Assembly: GCA_013373085.1 (NCBI GenBank) | Contig: JABXIM010000045.1 | Span: 473 to 64,472, forward strand | Reading direction: 5' to 3' | Length of the DNA: 64,000 nucleotides | Origin: Oceanospirillaceae bacterium | Lineage (GTDB): Bacteria > Pseudomonadota > Gammaproteobacteria > Pseudomonadales > Balneatricaceae | Shown: positions 1 through 9,554 of the stretch, in pieces | Position numbering within the stretch: the first letter of the stretch is position 1 | How the letters are laid out: each line of letters begins with the position of its first letter | Program-made: the position numbers and the translations under genes | Notes under the pieces: model-generated | What the model was told of the DNA's origin: nothing | The model's input: the letters and a program-made list of their open reading frames with translations, nothing else | The model's database searches: none

Positions 1-1
1 G

Positions 2-1078
2 CCGGCGGCGCAGGTGCAGGTGCCGAACGTCGAAGTCGAAACCCTCGTACCCGAGTCGGTGCAGCTCTGGAAGACGTTCTCGGGGCGCCTGGAAGCCGTC
101 GAACGCGTCGAGGTGCGGCCCCGGGTCGGCGGCTCGATCGTCGAGGTGCTGCACGGGGAGGGTAGCCGCGTGAACGCCGGCGATCCGCTGTACGTCATAG
201 ACCCGCGGCCTTTCGAAGTCGCGGTGGCCAGCGCCCGTGCCGACGTCGCATCGGCGAAGTCCAGGCTCGAATTCGCCCGGGTGGAGCTGGCGCGGGTCAA
301 GGGGCTGGAAAACAAGCGGGTGGTTTCCAAGAGTCACGTCGACTCGGTGCGTAACGATTTCCGCGTTGCCGAGGCGGATCTGAGCGCGGCCGAGGCGGCG
401 CTGGAGCGGGCCACGCTCGACCTCGAGTACGCCCATATCAAGGCCCCGGTCGGCGGTCGCATCAGCCGTGCAGAGGTGACCCGAGGCAACCTGGTGGAGG
501 CGGGCGCCAACGCCCCGGTGCTGACGACCATCGTCGCCGACGATCGCCTCTATGCCGAGTTCGAACTGGACGAGCAGACGTATCTCGGTCTCGTGCGACA
601 GGGCGGCGACGGTCCCATTCCGGTGAAGCTGCAGCTGGCCGGCGATAGCGAAGCCGGCTTCGAAGGGCGGCTGCACGCGTTCGACAACGAGATCGACACC
701 CGCACCGGCACGATTCGTGCCCGCGCGCTCTTCGACAATACCGACGGTGTGCTGATTCCCGGCATGTTTGCGCATATCAACGTTGCGGTGCCCGGCCGCG
801 ACGTGGGCCTGCTGATTCCGGAAAGGGCCGTCGGTACCAACCAGAGCCGCAAGTTCGTCTATGTCGTCGATGCCGAGAACCGAGTCGCCTATCGCGAAGT
901 GGAACTCGGCGCCGTGATCGACGGACGGCGGCTGGTCGTGAACGGCCTCGCAGCGGGGGACCGGGTGATGGTGAACAGCCTGCAGCGGGTGCGGCCCGAG
1001 ATGCAGGTGACGCCGGTCGAATCGAATCGCGTCGGCGAACTGGCCGAGGCCAGCAACGGGAGCCGGATCAATCTCTGA
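2..1078 (+). CDS. RND efflux periplasmic adaptor (MFP, AcrA/HlyD family), 5' truncated by the window edge
   Basis: Barrel-sandwich/hairpin motifs VEVRPRVGG..V...EG..V..GD.LY.ID and IKAPVGGRISR; beta-barrel FDNEIDTRTGTIRARA and LIPERAV. The frame is open from position 2. Confidence 0.9.
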   Translation, partial: PAAQVQVPNVEVETLVPESVQLWKTFSGRLEAVERVEVRPRVGGSIVEVLHGEGSRVNAGDPLYVIDPRPFEVAVASARADVASAKSRLEFARVELARVKGLENKRVVSKSHVDSVRNDFRVAEADLSAAEAALERATLDLEYAHIKAPVGGRISRAEVTRGNLVEAGANAPVLTTIVADDRLYAEFELDEQTYLGLVRQGGDGPIPVKLQLAGDSEAGFEGRLHAFDNEIDTRTGTIRARALFDNTDGVLIPGMFAHINVAVPGRDVGLLIPERAVGTNQSRKFVYVVDAENRVAYREVELGAVIDGRRLVVNGLAAGDRVMVNSLQRVRPEMQVTPVESNRVGELAEASNGSRINL

Positions 1079-1106
1079 TTCCGCCCCGCAAACATAGGAG
1101 AAGAGC

Positions 1107-1451
1107 ATGAGCGATACAGTTGCAGTGGTAACCGACGCCACCTTCGACGAGGCGGTACTGAAATCGGATCTGCCGGTAGTGGTGGACTACTGGGCCCCCT
1201 GGTGCGGCCCCTGTGGCGACGTGGCGCCGGTGGTGGAAGCGTTGTCGAAGGCCTACGCCGGCAAGGTGCGCTTCGTCAAGCTGAACGTCGACGAGAACCC
1301 CGACGTCACCCGCCGGATGGGGATCCGGGGGCTACCGACCCTGATGCTCCTCAACGGGGGGGAGGTGGTCAACACCAAGGTCGGCGCCATGCCGCAGGCC
1401 GCGCTGACGCAGTGGCTGGACGGCCGCCTGACCCGCTGTCAGTCGGCCTAG
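1107..1451 (+). CDS. Thioredoxin
   Basis: VVDYWAPWCGPC active site; cis-Pro motif GLPTL; 114 aa; RBS AGGAG upstream. Confidence 0.92.
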   Translation: MSDTVAVVTDATFDEAVLKSDLPVVVDYWAPWCGPCGDVAPVVEALSKAYAGKVRFVKLNVDENPDVTRRMGIRGLPTLMLLNGGEVVNTKVGAMPQAALTQWLDGRLTRCQSA

Positions 1452-1495
1452 GCAGAAAATTGCTCCTGCATTTCTGCACACAGGCCATCCATGGC

Positions 1496-1969
1496 CTAGG
1501 CGTGCTTGCCGGCATCGACGACCCGGGTGCCCGAGAACAGGCGCCCGAACGTCTCGCCGTCGAAGCGGATCAGCGTCTGGTGGTCACCGGACTCGATGAA
1601 CACCTCGGGCTGTTCCAGCAGACCGCGATCGACCAGGGTCTCGATCCCGTAAGCCGCACCCAGCGCAGGTACAGCACCCTCGAAGCAGTCCGGAAAGAGG
1701 GTGTTCAGTTCCGCTTCGCCTGCCAGGCAGACCTCTTCACCCAGCAACTGGTGCAGGCGTCCGAGGTGGACGCGGTAGTCCGACGGCAAAACTACCAACA
1801 GAAAGCTGTCGTCCATGCGCTTGAGCACCACGGCCTTGGCCAGGTGATGGCCTGGGATATGTGCGGCCTCCGCGGACCGCGCACTCGACGGCGTGAAGGT
1901 GTGGGACCTCGTCTCAAAAGGTACCGCGTTGCGTTCCAGGTACGCAGCCAGTGATTTCGCGATCGGCAT
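1496..1969 (-). CDS. YbaK/ProX-family aminoacyl-tRNA deacylase-like protein
   Basis: LAKAVVL, LLVVLP, FPDCFEGAVPALG and ESGDHQTLI are typical of the YbaK/EbsC fold. Confidence 0.8.
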   Translation of the reverse strand: MPIAKSLAAYLERNAVPFETRSHTFTPSSARSAEAAHIPGHHLAKAVVLKRMDDSFLLVVLPSDYRVHLGRLHQLLGEEVCLAGEAELNTLFPDCFEGAVPALGAAYGIETLVDRGLLEQPEVFIESGDHQTLIRFDGETFGRLFSGTRVVDAGKHA

Positions 1970-2030
1970 CTCAAGGCCTCCGGTGAACAGCCAATTCCTG
2001 TCTTCAGCCTAGACCAGCTGTCTCGGCTTC

Positions 2031-3497
2031 TCACCCGATACCGAACACCAGGCCGGCCAGCAGGTACATCGCCAGAAAGGTAATGGCAACGGCGGTGATA
2101 TTGAGCCAGAAACCGGCCTTGACCATATCCTTGAGCGTCATTTTGTCGTAGGAAAACACGATCGCGTTGGGCGGAGTGGCGACCGGCATCATGAAAGCCA
2201 TCGACGCGCCGACGGCGACCGGAACGGCCAGCAGGCGGGGGTCGAGCCCCAGGCCGACCGCAACGGCGCCGAGTATCGGCAAAAAGGTGGCGGTCGAGGC
2301 GGTGTTGGAGGTGATTTCGGTCAGATAGATGATAGCGGCCGCGACCACCAGTACCAGCAACCAGGTACCGATGTCGAAGCTGGCGACCGCATTGCCGATC
2401 CAGTCAGCCAGCCCGCTTTCCTTGAAGCCAGCCGCCAGGGCCAGGCCGCCGCCGAACAGCAGCAGTACGCCCCAGGGCAGTTCGCGGGCGGCGCTCCAGT
2501 CGAGTACGAACTCGCCGCGGCTGCGCGACAACGGCCAGGCGAACAGCACCAGTACCGCGAGCAGGGCAATGCTGGTGTCGTTTAACGGCAGACCGGTCAA
2601 CTCGACGATCTGCGCGCGCAGGATCCAGCCCGCCGCAGCCGCGAGAAATACGCCGGCCACCACTTTCTCCGCGCGGCTCATCGGCCCCAGGGCCTCCAGC
2701 TCCTGCCGGATAACGCCGCTGGCGTCGCCAATACGAATACGGTGCGATGGAAAGATCACGCGGGTCAGCAGCAGCCAGGCTGCCGGCAGCATTACCAGGA
2801 CTATCGGTATGCCGAATTTCATCCAGGTGAAGAAATCGATACGGATGTTGTAATTGCTGGACAGAAAGCTTGCCAGCAGGGCATTCGGAGGTGTGCCGAT
2901 CAGGGTGCCGACGCCCCCGATGGAGGCGCTGTAGGCTATGCCAAGCATCAGCGCGACGCCGAAGTGGTGGACCATCTCGTCGTCATCGGTCTTGCGGGCG
3001 ACAAAGTCGATAACCGAGAGTCCGACCGCATACATCATGATGGTGGTGGCGGTGTTCGAGATCCACATCGACAGGAAGGCGGTGGCCAGCATAAAACCGC
3101 CTATGACACTCCCGGGGCTGGTGCCGACCACCGCGACGATTTTCAGCGCAATGCGTCGATGCAGGCCCCAGCGCTGCATGGCGGCGGCAAGCAGAAAGCC
3201 GCCGAGGAACAGGAAAATCAGCGGATTGGCATAGTGCGCGGCGACCGGCTTCATCTCATCGATACCGTAAATCGGCATCATCGGAATGGGCAGCAGTGCC
3301 GTTGCCGGGATCGGAATAGCCTCGCCGAGCCACCAGATCACCATCCAGGCGGCCATCGACACCAGTTTCCAGGCCTCCACGTTCATGCCGCCGGGAGGAG
3401 GAATCACAAGCAGTAGCAGGGCGACGAGCGGACCGGCGAGCAGCGCGCCGAGTCGAAAGCGCGAGATGGCGTTATCCTGTTCTGTTTTCCGGTTCAT
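2031..3497 (-). CDS. SLC13/DASS-family sodium:dicarboxylate/sulfate symporter
   Basis: Hairpin motifs WISNTAT, GTLIGTPPN, EITSNTAST and PVATPPNAIV; many TM segments. Confidence 0.9.
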   Translation of the reverse strand: MNRKTEQDNAISRFRLGALLAGPLVALLLLVIPPPGGMNVEAWKLVSMAAWMVIWWLGEAIPIPATALLPIPMMPIYGIDEMKPVAAHYANPLIFLFLGGFLLAAAMQRWGLHRRIALKIVAVVGTSPGSVIGGFMLATAFLSMWISNTATTIMMYAVGLSVIDFVARKTDDDEMVHHFGVALMLGIAYSASIGGVGTLIGTPPNALLASFLSSNYNIRIDFFTWMKFGIPIVLVMLPAAWLLLTRVIFPSHRIRIGDASGVIRQELEALGPMSRAEKVVAGVFLAAAAGWILRAQIVELTGLPLNDTSIALLAVLVLFAWPLSRSRGEFVLDWSAARELPWGVLLLFGGGLALAAGFKESGLADWIGNAVASFDIGTWLLVLVVAAAIIYLTEITSNTASTATFLPILGAVAVGLGLDPRLLAVPVAVGASMAFMMPVATPPNAIVFSYDKMTLKDMVKAGFWLNITAVAITFLAMYLLAGLVFGIG

Positions 3498-3627
3498 TAA
3501 TGGCGCTCCTGCGGTATTCCTGGATCGAAGGCAGGGACAAGAATAGCAGTATCACAATCGGGCGCCGTCGATGCTGAATCGTTCGAAAAGGCTTGAAATT
3601 TTCCGATAATGGCAGAAACTTCAAGGC

Positions 3628-4341
3628 ATGCTGAAACAAGGACTGATTCCCCTGTTCCTGCTGGCGGGAACCCTGGCGGCTCCAGGATGGGCAGATGAAA
3701 TAAGACGTATCACGCATCCCGACGGGCGCGTGGAATATACCAACGTCGGCTCGGCGGCCCGCGGCGAAAAGGTGGCGATAGGCGCGTCCGGCAGTGCCAT
3801 TTACAAATACCGCAAGCAGGACGGTGTGCTGACGTTTACCGACGTCAAGCCGGTGGGGCGCGAATTCGAGATCGTCAAGGTCGAGTGCTACGCCTGCAAT
3901 CCGGCTTCGCCGGTCAACTGGAACAATACCCGGCTCAACCTGACCGCCTATGCGGCGGCGGTGGAAAACGCCGCACGCCACCACCGGGTGGATCCTGCGC
4001 TGATTCGCGCGATGATCCATGCGGAGTCGGCGTTCAACTCCACCGCAGTGTCGAAGAAGGGCGCCCAGGGGTTGATGCAACTGATGCCAGCGACAGCGGC
4101 CGAACTCGGGGTGACCAACGCGCTGGACGTGCAGCAGAACATCGATGGCGGCGTACGCTACCTCGCCAACCTGTTGAAGACCTTCGAAGGCGATACCCGG
4201 CTGGCCGTCGCGGCCTACAATGCCGGACCCGGCGCGGTACGAAAATACGGCGGCATTCCGCCGTACGCCGAAACCCGCGTCTACGTTCAGCGCGTCGCCA
4301 TCCTGCGGGACCGCTATCACGGTGCCGGCGTCACTTTCTGA
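3628..4341 (+). CDS. Secreted lytic transglycosylase (SLT domain) with N-terminal DUF4124-like region
   Basis: Signal peptide; IHAESAFN catalytic Glu; GAQGLMQLMP; AAYNAGPGAV. Confidence 0.9.
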   Translation: MLKQGLIPLFLLAGTLAAPGWADEIRRITHPDGRVEYTNVGSAARGEKVAIGASGSAIYKYRKQDGVLTFTDVKPVGREFEIVKVECYACNPASPVNWNNTRLNLTAYAAAVENAARHHRVDPALIRAMIHAESAFNSTAVSKKGAQGLMQLMPATAAELGVTNALDVQQNIDGGVRYLANLLKTFEGDTRLAVAAYNAGPGAVRKYGGIPPYAETRVYVQRVAILRDRYHGAGVTF

Positions 4342-4527
4342 AACCCTGTAGCGAAATGACCGCCCCTGCTGGTGTCCCGCCGCCGTTGGCGGTACCCTTA
4401 GCGCACCTGCGGCTATAGCGGTTTCGCAGCGGGCACTCGTCTGCATCGAAAACGTCTAATCAGCTGCCCATCCAGTTTTTCGATCCGGCACGGGCATGCC
4501 GGAACAATCGTTTTCCAGGGGGAGTTC

Positions 4528-5580
4528 GTGACCATTCTGAACCAACTGCGTATCCGCTGTCCGGATGACTGGCACCTGCACGTACGCGATGACGAGGTAA
4601 TGCACCAGGTACTGCCGGAGACCACCCGCTGGTTTCGCCGTGCGATCATCATGCCCAACCTCAAGCAGCCGATCGTCACCACCGATCAGGCGATAGCCTA
4701 TCGCTCGCGAATCGATGCCGCCACTCCGGCGTCCGCGCGCTTCACTCCGCTGATGACGCTGTATCTGACCGAGAAAACCGATCCGGCCGACGTGCGCAAG
4801 GGCTTCTCCGCCGGCCATATCGTCGCCGCGAAACTCTATCCGGCCGGCGCGACGACCAACTCCGCCGCCGGGGTCAAGAACATCGAGGCGATCTTCGATG
4901 TGCTCGCGACGATGGAAGAGATCGGCATGCCGATGCTGGTGCACGGTGAAGTGGTGGATCCGGACATCGATATCTTCGATCGCGAGGCGGTCTTCATCGA
5001 CCGCACCCTGAGCCGGGTCCGCGAGCGTTTCCCGAAGCTGAAGATCGTGCTCGAGCACGTTACCACGCAGCAGGGAGTCGAATTCGTCAAATCCTGTGAC
5101 GCCAACACCGGCGCGACCATCACGCCGCATCACCTGGTGATCAACCGCAACGCCATGCTGGTCGGCGGTATCAAGCCGCATTACTACTGCCTGCCGGTCG
5201 CCAAGCGTGAAAGCCACCGCCTCGCGCTGCGCGAAGCGGCGACGTCGGGCGACCCGCGTTTCTTCCTCGGTACCGACTCGGCGCCGCACCTGCGCTCGGC
5301 CAAGGAAACCGCCTGTGGCTGCGCCGGCATCTTCAATGTCCAGGTCTGCCTCGAAACCCTGGCGACGGCGTTCGAACAGGACGGTGCTCTGGACCGGCTG
5401 GAAGCGTTCACCTCGCTCAACGGTCCGGCGTTCTACGGGGTCGAGCCCAACAGCGATTTCCTGGTGCTGGAGAAAGTGGCGGAAGAGCTCCCGCTGCCGC
5501 AGCCGGTGACGGCAATGGGCGAAACCATCGAAGTCTTCGACCCGGGCTTCCCGCTGCACTGGCGCGTGCGCGAGGCTTGA
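4528..5580 (+). CDS. pyrC: Dihydroorotase (homodimeric type)
   Basis: PDDWHLHVRD, IMPNL, KLYPAGATTNS, HGE, LEH and FLGTDSAPH. Confidence 0.96.
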   Translation: MTILNQLRIRCPDDWHLHVRDDEVMHQVLPETTRWFRRAIIMPNLKQPIVTTDQAIAYRSRIDAATPASARFTPLMTLYLTEKTDPADVRKGFSAGHIVAAKLYPAGATTNSAAGVKNIEAIFDVLATMEEIGMPMLVHGEVVDPDIDIFDREAVFIDRTLSRVRERFPKLKIVLEHVTTQQGVEFVKSCDANTGATITPHHLVINRNAMLVGGIKPHYYCLPVAKRESHRLALREAATSGDPRFFLGTDSAPHLRSAKETACGCAGIFNVQVCLETLATAFEQDGALDRLEAFTSLNGPAFYGVEPNSDFLVLEKVAEELPLPQPVTAMGETIEVFDPGFPLHWRVREA

Positions 5581-5591
5581 GTTTACGACTG

Positions 5592-5623
5592 ACGGTAAAC
5601 AGCGGCGGGCCGCTGTTTACCGT
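5592..5623. terminator. Perfect hairpin between convergent pyrC and pbpG (likely bidirectional terminator)
   Basis: ACGGTAAACAGCGG-CGGG-CCGCTGTTTACCGT, a 14-bp stem. Confidence 0.7.
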
Positions 5624-5641
5624 ATCTGCGCCTATCCCGCC

Positions 5642-6538
5642 TTATCGGGCCAGCAGTTCGGCTGTCTTTCGGCGCTCGTAGTTCGCTGCGGCGCTGGCAA
5701 TCTGGCTGACACTGCCGGTTTCGAGCCACTTGCGAATACGGCTGGCATCACCCACCGGCGACAGTTTGCCGAACGAGTCCAGCATCACCATCGCCACTTC
5801 CCGGTTGTCGACGTCCATGACCATGACCAGGCAGCGACCCGCCTCGTCGAGGTATCCGGTTTTGCTGAGATGGATATCCCATTTGCCGCTGCGCACCAGG
5901 GCGTTGGTATTGGTGTAGCCGACGCGATAGCGGGGACGATTGAAGTTGGCCGTATAGACCTTGGTGGTGGAGTAGTCGCGTATCTGGCTGTAGCCGGCGG
6001 CAGCGCGCACCATGCGGGTCAGGTCGGATGCGGTCGAGACATTATCAGGCGACAGTCCGCTGGGGCCGACGAAGCGGCTGTGCTCCATGCCGAGCGCCCT
6101 GGCCTTGGCGTTCATCGCCTTGACGAATGCGTTGAAGCCGCCGGGGTAGTGGGTTGCGAGCGTCGTGGCGGCAAGGTTTTCCGACGACATCAGCATGATT
6201 CGCAGCAGGTCGCCACGGCTGAGTTCGGAGCCGGTGCGGATACGGGAATAGTAGTTGTGGGCGAGTTCACGATCGCGCTTGTCGATGCGGATGGCCTCAT
6301 CCAGCGGCTGCCCGGCATCGAGAATCACCATTGCTGTCATCAGCTTGGTGATCGACGCGATCGGCACCGCCAGGTTTTCGTTCTTGGCGACCAGTGATTT
6401 GCCGCTCTGCAGGTCGACGACAGCGGCGCTGACCGACGCCAGCTGGGGTTGCCTTTCATCGGCGCTGACCTGGGCGCTGCCCAGCGTCGAGGTGGCGAGG
6501 AGCAGCAGTGTTGCCGAGAGTTTCTTCAGTCGTTTCAT
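5642..6538 (-). CDS. pbpG: D-alanyl-D-alanine endopeptidase PBP7 (peptidase S11)
   Basis: SxxK (IASITKLM), SxN (SSEN), KTG (SKTGY); signal peptide. Confidence 0.88.
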   Translation of the reverse strand: MKRLKKLSATLLLLATSTLGSAQVSADERQPQLASVSAAVVDLQSGKSLVAKNENLAVPIASITKLMTAMVILDAGQPLDEAIRIDKRDRELAHNYYSRIRTGSELSRGDLLRIMLMSSENLAATTLATHYPGGFNAFVKAMNAKARALGMEHSRFVGPSGLSPDNVSTASDLTRMVRAAAGYSQIRDYSTTKVYTANFNRPRYRVGYTNTNALVRSGKWDIHLSKTGYLDEAGRCLVMVMDVDNREVAMVMLDSFGKLSPVGDASRIRKWLETGSVSQIASAAANYERRKTAELLAR

Positions 6539-6710
6539 GATGTCCTTTCGTCGCGCTCTACGTCTGCACGGAAGATCAGCGGCGCATGATACCTCAACGC
6601 GGCCCCAGGTGCCGCGTGTGAAAATTTCATGCTCTCAGAGCTTGAACTGTCCTTAAAAGCGCATTTTTTTTCAACAGGTTAAGACTACTTCTCCGAAATC
6701 ACTTCCGGAG

Positions 6711-6917
6711 TCAGGCGTCCTCTTCGTGCATCATGCCGTCGACAAGTTCCATCTTTTCTATAAAACGGTCGTCATGGCGTGCCAGGCGGTAGCTGCCATT
6801 GAGCATATTGATCAGATAAATGCTGTCGCCCTCGGCGGCATCGAGACTGTCGATGACTTCCTTGGGCAGCACCACACCCAGTTCGTTGCCCAGCGCCTGC
6901 AGTTTCAGTTCGATCAT
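6711..6917 (-). CDS. AbrB/MazE/SpoVT-family DNA-binding protein (antitoxin-like, 68 aa)
   Basis: MIELKLQALGNELGVVLPKEVI AbrB motif; GGAGG RBS upstream of the ATG at 6917 (shorter than the ORF-track call). Confidence 0.75.
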   Translation of the reverse strand: MIELKLQALGNELGVVLPKEVIDSLDAAEGDSIYLINMLNGSYRLARHDDRFIEKMELVDGMMHEEDA

Positions 6918-7171
6918 GGTTGCCTCCATCGGTTTGCGTCGCTGTATCTCATCACCCTTAAGTGTAATGGGCCCCGGCGCATTCGCAGCACAAGGTGTGA
7001 CCTGAAGGGCGTTATTGCATGAACGAATACGGGCGGCAGGCTCGCCCGGCCAACCCGTGATTGGGCCGCTGGTCGAGGGGCAGGGACGCAGGACAGGGGC
7101 TATCGGTCGGCTATACTCTGAGCGGAATCTCCCATGAGCAACAGGGTGCAGTGGCACCCGGGACCGACGTT

Positions 7172-7636
7172 ATGGCTGAACTGGACAAAGATCAGGTCGT
7201 CGATGTGCTGAACCGTTTGCTGGAAGCGGAGCTTGCGGGCGTGGTGCGCTACACGCACTACTCGTTTCTGGTATTCGGTTTTGGCCGCATCCCCATCGTG
7301 TCCTGGCTGCGCGAGCAGGCCGACGAATCGCTGCGGCACGCCCAGATGGTCGGCGAATGGATCACCACGCTTGGCGCCTATCCCTCGCTCGAGATTGGTG
7401 CCTTGCTCGATTCACACAAGACCGAGGTAGGCGCCATTCTGCGCGAGTCGCTGGAGAACGAAGGCGAGGCGCTGGCGCTGTACCGCGAGTTGCTGTCGCT
7501 GGCGGAAGGGCGCTCGGTAGCGCTGGAAGAGTTCGCGCGTCAGATGATACAGACCGAAGTGATGCATCAGGCCGAGGTCGACAAGATGCTGCGCAATCCC
7601 GGCGAAGTCGCGCCGTACTGCAAGGAGACACTCTAG
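7172..7636 (+). CDS. Bacterioferritin-like (ferritin-like superfamily) protein
   Basis: LNRLLEAELAGVVRYTHY, four-helix pattern, EVMH ExxH; start placed at ATG 7172. Confidence 0.8.
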   Translation: MAELDKDQVVDVLNRLLEAELAGVVRYTHYSFLVFGFGRIPIVSWLREQADESLRHAQMVGEWITTLGAYPSLEIGALLDSHKTEVGAILRESLENEGEALALYRELLSLAEGRSVALEEFARQMIQTEVMHQAEVDKMLRNPGEVAPYCKETL

Positions 7637-7729
7637 CTTGCCAGGCCGGGGTAACGATACCGTTCGTCGATCACCCGGGCACATCTGGCTGACCAGCACG
7701 GTCAAGGTGCGGCAGAGGGAGACGTGCGC

Positions 7730-9490
7730 CTATGCCGTCTCGGCGGTGAATTGAAGCCGAGCGAGGCCCGCGTAGAGTGGGCAGCTTTCCAGCAAGGCTG
7801 CGTGGCTCCCCTGGGCGATCAGTCGCCCCTGGTCCAGCACCGCAATGCGGGCGGCGTTTTGCACCGTGGCGAGGCGGTGCGCAATCACCAGGGTGGTGCG
7901 GCCACGCATCAGCCGCTCCAGCGCCTGTTGCACAAACTGTTCGCTGCGGGCGTCGAGGGCGCTGGTGGCTTCGTCGAGCAGCAGGATGGGCGCGTCGGCA
8001 AGCAGCGCCCGGGCAATCGCCAGACGCTGTTTCTGCCCCCCGGAGAGGCCGCTTCCGGCGTCGCCCAGGCGGGTCTGGTAGCCTGCCGGCAAGGCTTCGA
8101 TGAAATCGTGCGCATGGGCGGCGCGGGCCGCGGCGAACATCGCCTCCTGGTCCGCGTCCGGGCGGGCGTAGCGCAGGTTGTCCTCGACGGTGCCGTGAAA
8201 CAGCACCGGCGACTGTGACACCAGCGCGAAGCAGCTGCGCAACTCGGCCGGATCCAGCTGGCGGATGTCGACACCCTCGAGGAGGATGCTGCCGCCATCC
8301 AGATCGTAAAACCGCAACAGCAGATCGAACAGCGTTGACTTGCCGGCACCCGAGGGGCCTACCAGGGCGAGTGTCTCGCCGGGCTGCACATGCAGCGTCA
8401 GCGCATCGATCGCGAGGCGTTCCCGGCGCGCCGGATAGGCGAAACTGACCGCACGCAGTTCGATTTCGCCGCGCACCGCCGGTAGCCGCGTAGACCGGTC
8501 CGGCGCCCTGATCTCGTTACGGGCATCGAGCAGTTCGATCAGTCGCTCGGCGGCGCCGGCCGCGCGTTGCAGTTCGCCGATCACTTCGCTGAGGGCGCCG
8601 ACAGCGGCGCCGACGATGACGCTGTAGAAAACGAAGGAGGCGAGCTCGCCGGCGCTGATGCGTCCCGACACGACGTCCAGACCGCCGACCCAGAGCATCA
8701 GCCCAACGGCACCCAGGACCAGCAGGATCACGATGGCGATCAGCCAGCCGCGCTGCAATGTGCGCCGGATGGCAATGGCGAAAGCCCGTTCCACCACGTC
8801 GCCGAAACGTGCCCTGTCGATGGCCTGGTGATTGTAGGCCTGCACTGTCTTGATTTGTCCCAGCACTTCGCCTACGTAGGCGCCGACATCGGCGACGCGG
8901 TCCTGGCTGTGCCGCGAAAGGCGACGCACACGGCGCCCGAATATCAGAATCGGCGCTACCACCAGCGGTACCGAGACAAGCACCAGCGCACTGAGCCGGG
9001 CGTTGGTCAGGAACAGCCAGACGATGCCGCCCGCCAGCAGAATCAGATTGCGCAGCGCCACCGACACCGATGAACCGATGACGGACTGCAGCAGGGTGGT
9101 GTCGGCGGTCAGCCGGGACTGGATTTCAAGGCCGCGGTTGCGCTCGAAAAATCCGGGATGCAGCGATATCAGGTGGTCGAACACGCGTCTGCGGATATCG
9201 GCTACGACGCGCTCGCCGATCCAGGTAACCCAGTAATAACGCGCGAAGGTGCCGGCGGCGAGGGCCAGTACCAGCAGCAGAAACAGCAGGACATGCTGGC
9301 CCAGTCGCTGGGCGGAGCCGGTCACCAGTCCCTCGTCTATGATCAATCGCACACCCTGGCCGATGCTGAGCGTGACGCCCGCGGTGAACAGCAGTGCGGC
9401 CAGTGCGTAGACGACCTGACGGCGATACGGACGGATGAAATGGATCAGGGTGCGGGCGACGTGCCAGCTCTGTGCGGAATCTGTCGACAT
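7730..9490 (-). CDS. ABC exporter, fused TMD-NBD (MsbA-related)
   Basis: Walker A GPSGAGKST, signature LSGGQKQR, Walker B ILLLDEATSALD; N-terminal 6-TM domain. Confidence 0.92.
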   Translation of the reverse strand: MSTDSAQSWHVARTLIHFIRPYRRQVVYALAALLFTAGVTLSIGQGVRLIIDEGLVTGSAQRLGQHVLLFLLLVLALAAGTFARYYWVTWIGERVVADIRRRVFDHLISLHPGFFERNRGLEIQSRLTADTTLLQSVIGSSVSVALRNLILLAGGIVWLFLTNARLSALVLVSVPLVVAPILIFGRRVRRLSRHSQDRVADVGAYVGEVLGQIKTVQAYNHQAIDRARFGDVVERAFAIAIRRTLQRGWLIAIVILLVLGAVGLMLWVGGLDVVSGRISAGELASFVFYSVIVGAAVGALSEVIGELQRAAGAAERLIELLDARNEIRAPDRSTRLPAVRGEIELRAVSFAYPARRERLAIDALTLHVQPGETLALVGPSGAGKSTLFDLLLRFYDLDGGSILLEGVDIRQLDPAELRSCFALVSQSPVLFHGTVEDNLRYARPDADQEAMFAAARAAHAHDFIEALPAGYQTRLGDAGSGLSGGQKQRLAIARALLADAPILLLDEATSALDARSEQFVQQALERLMRGRTTLVIAHRLATVQNAARIAVLDQGRLIAQGSHAALLESCPLYAGLARLQFTAETA

Positions 9491-9554
9491 TCGCTGTGTT
9501 CCCGGTTAAGACATTGGGGCAGCTTAGCGCAATAGACGAAGCGAGGAGACGCCA

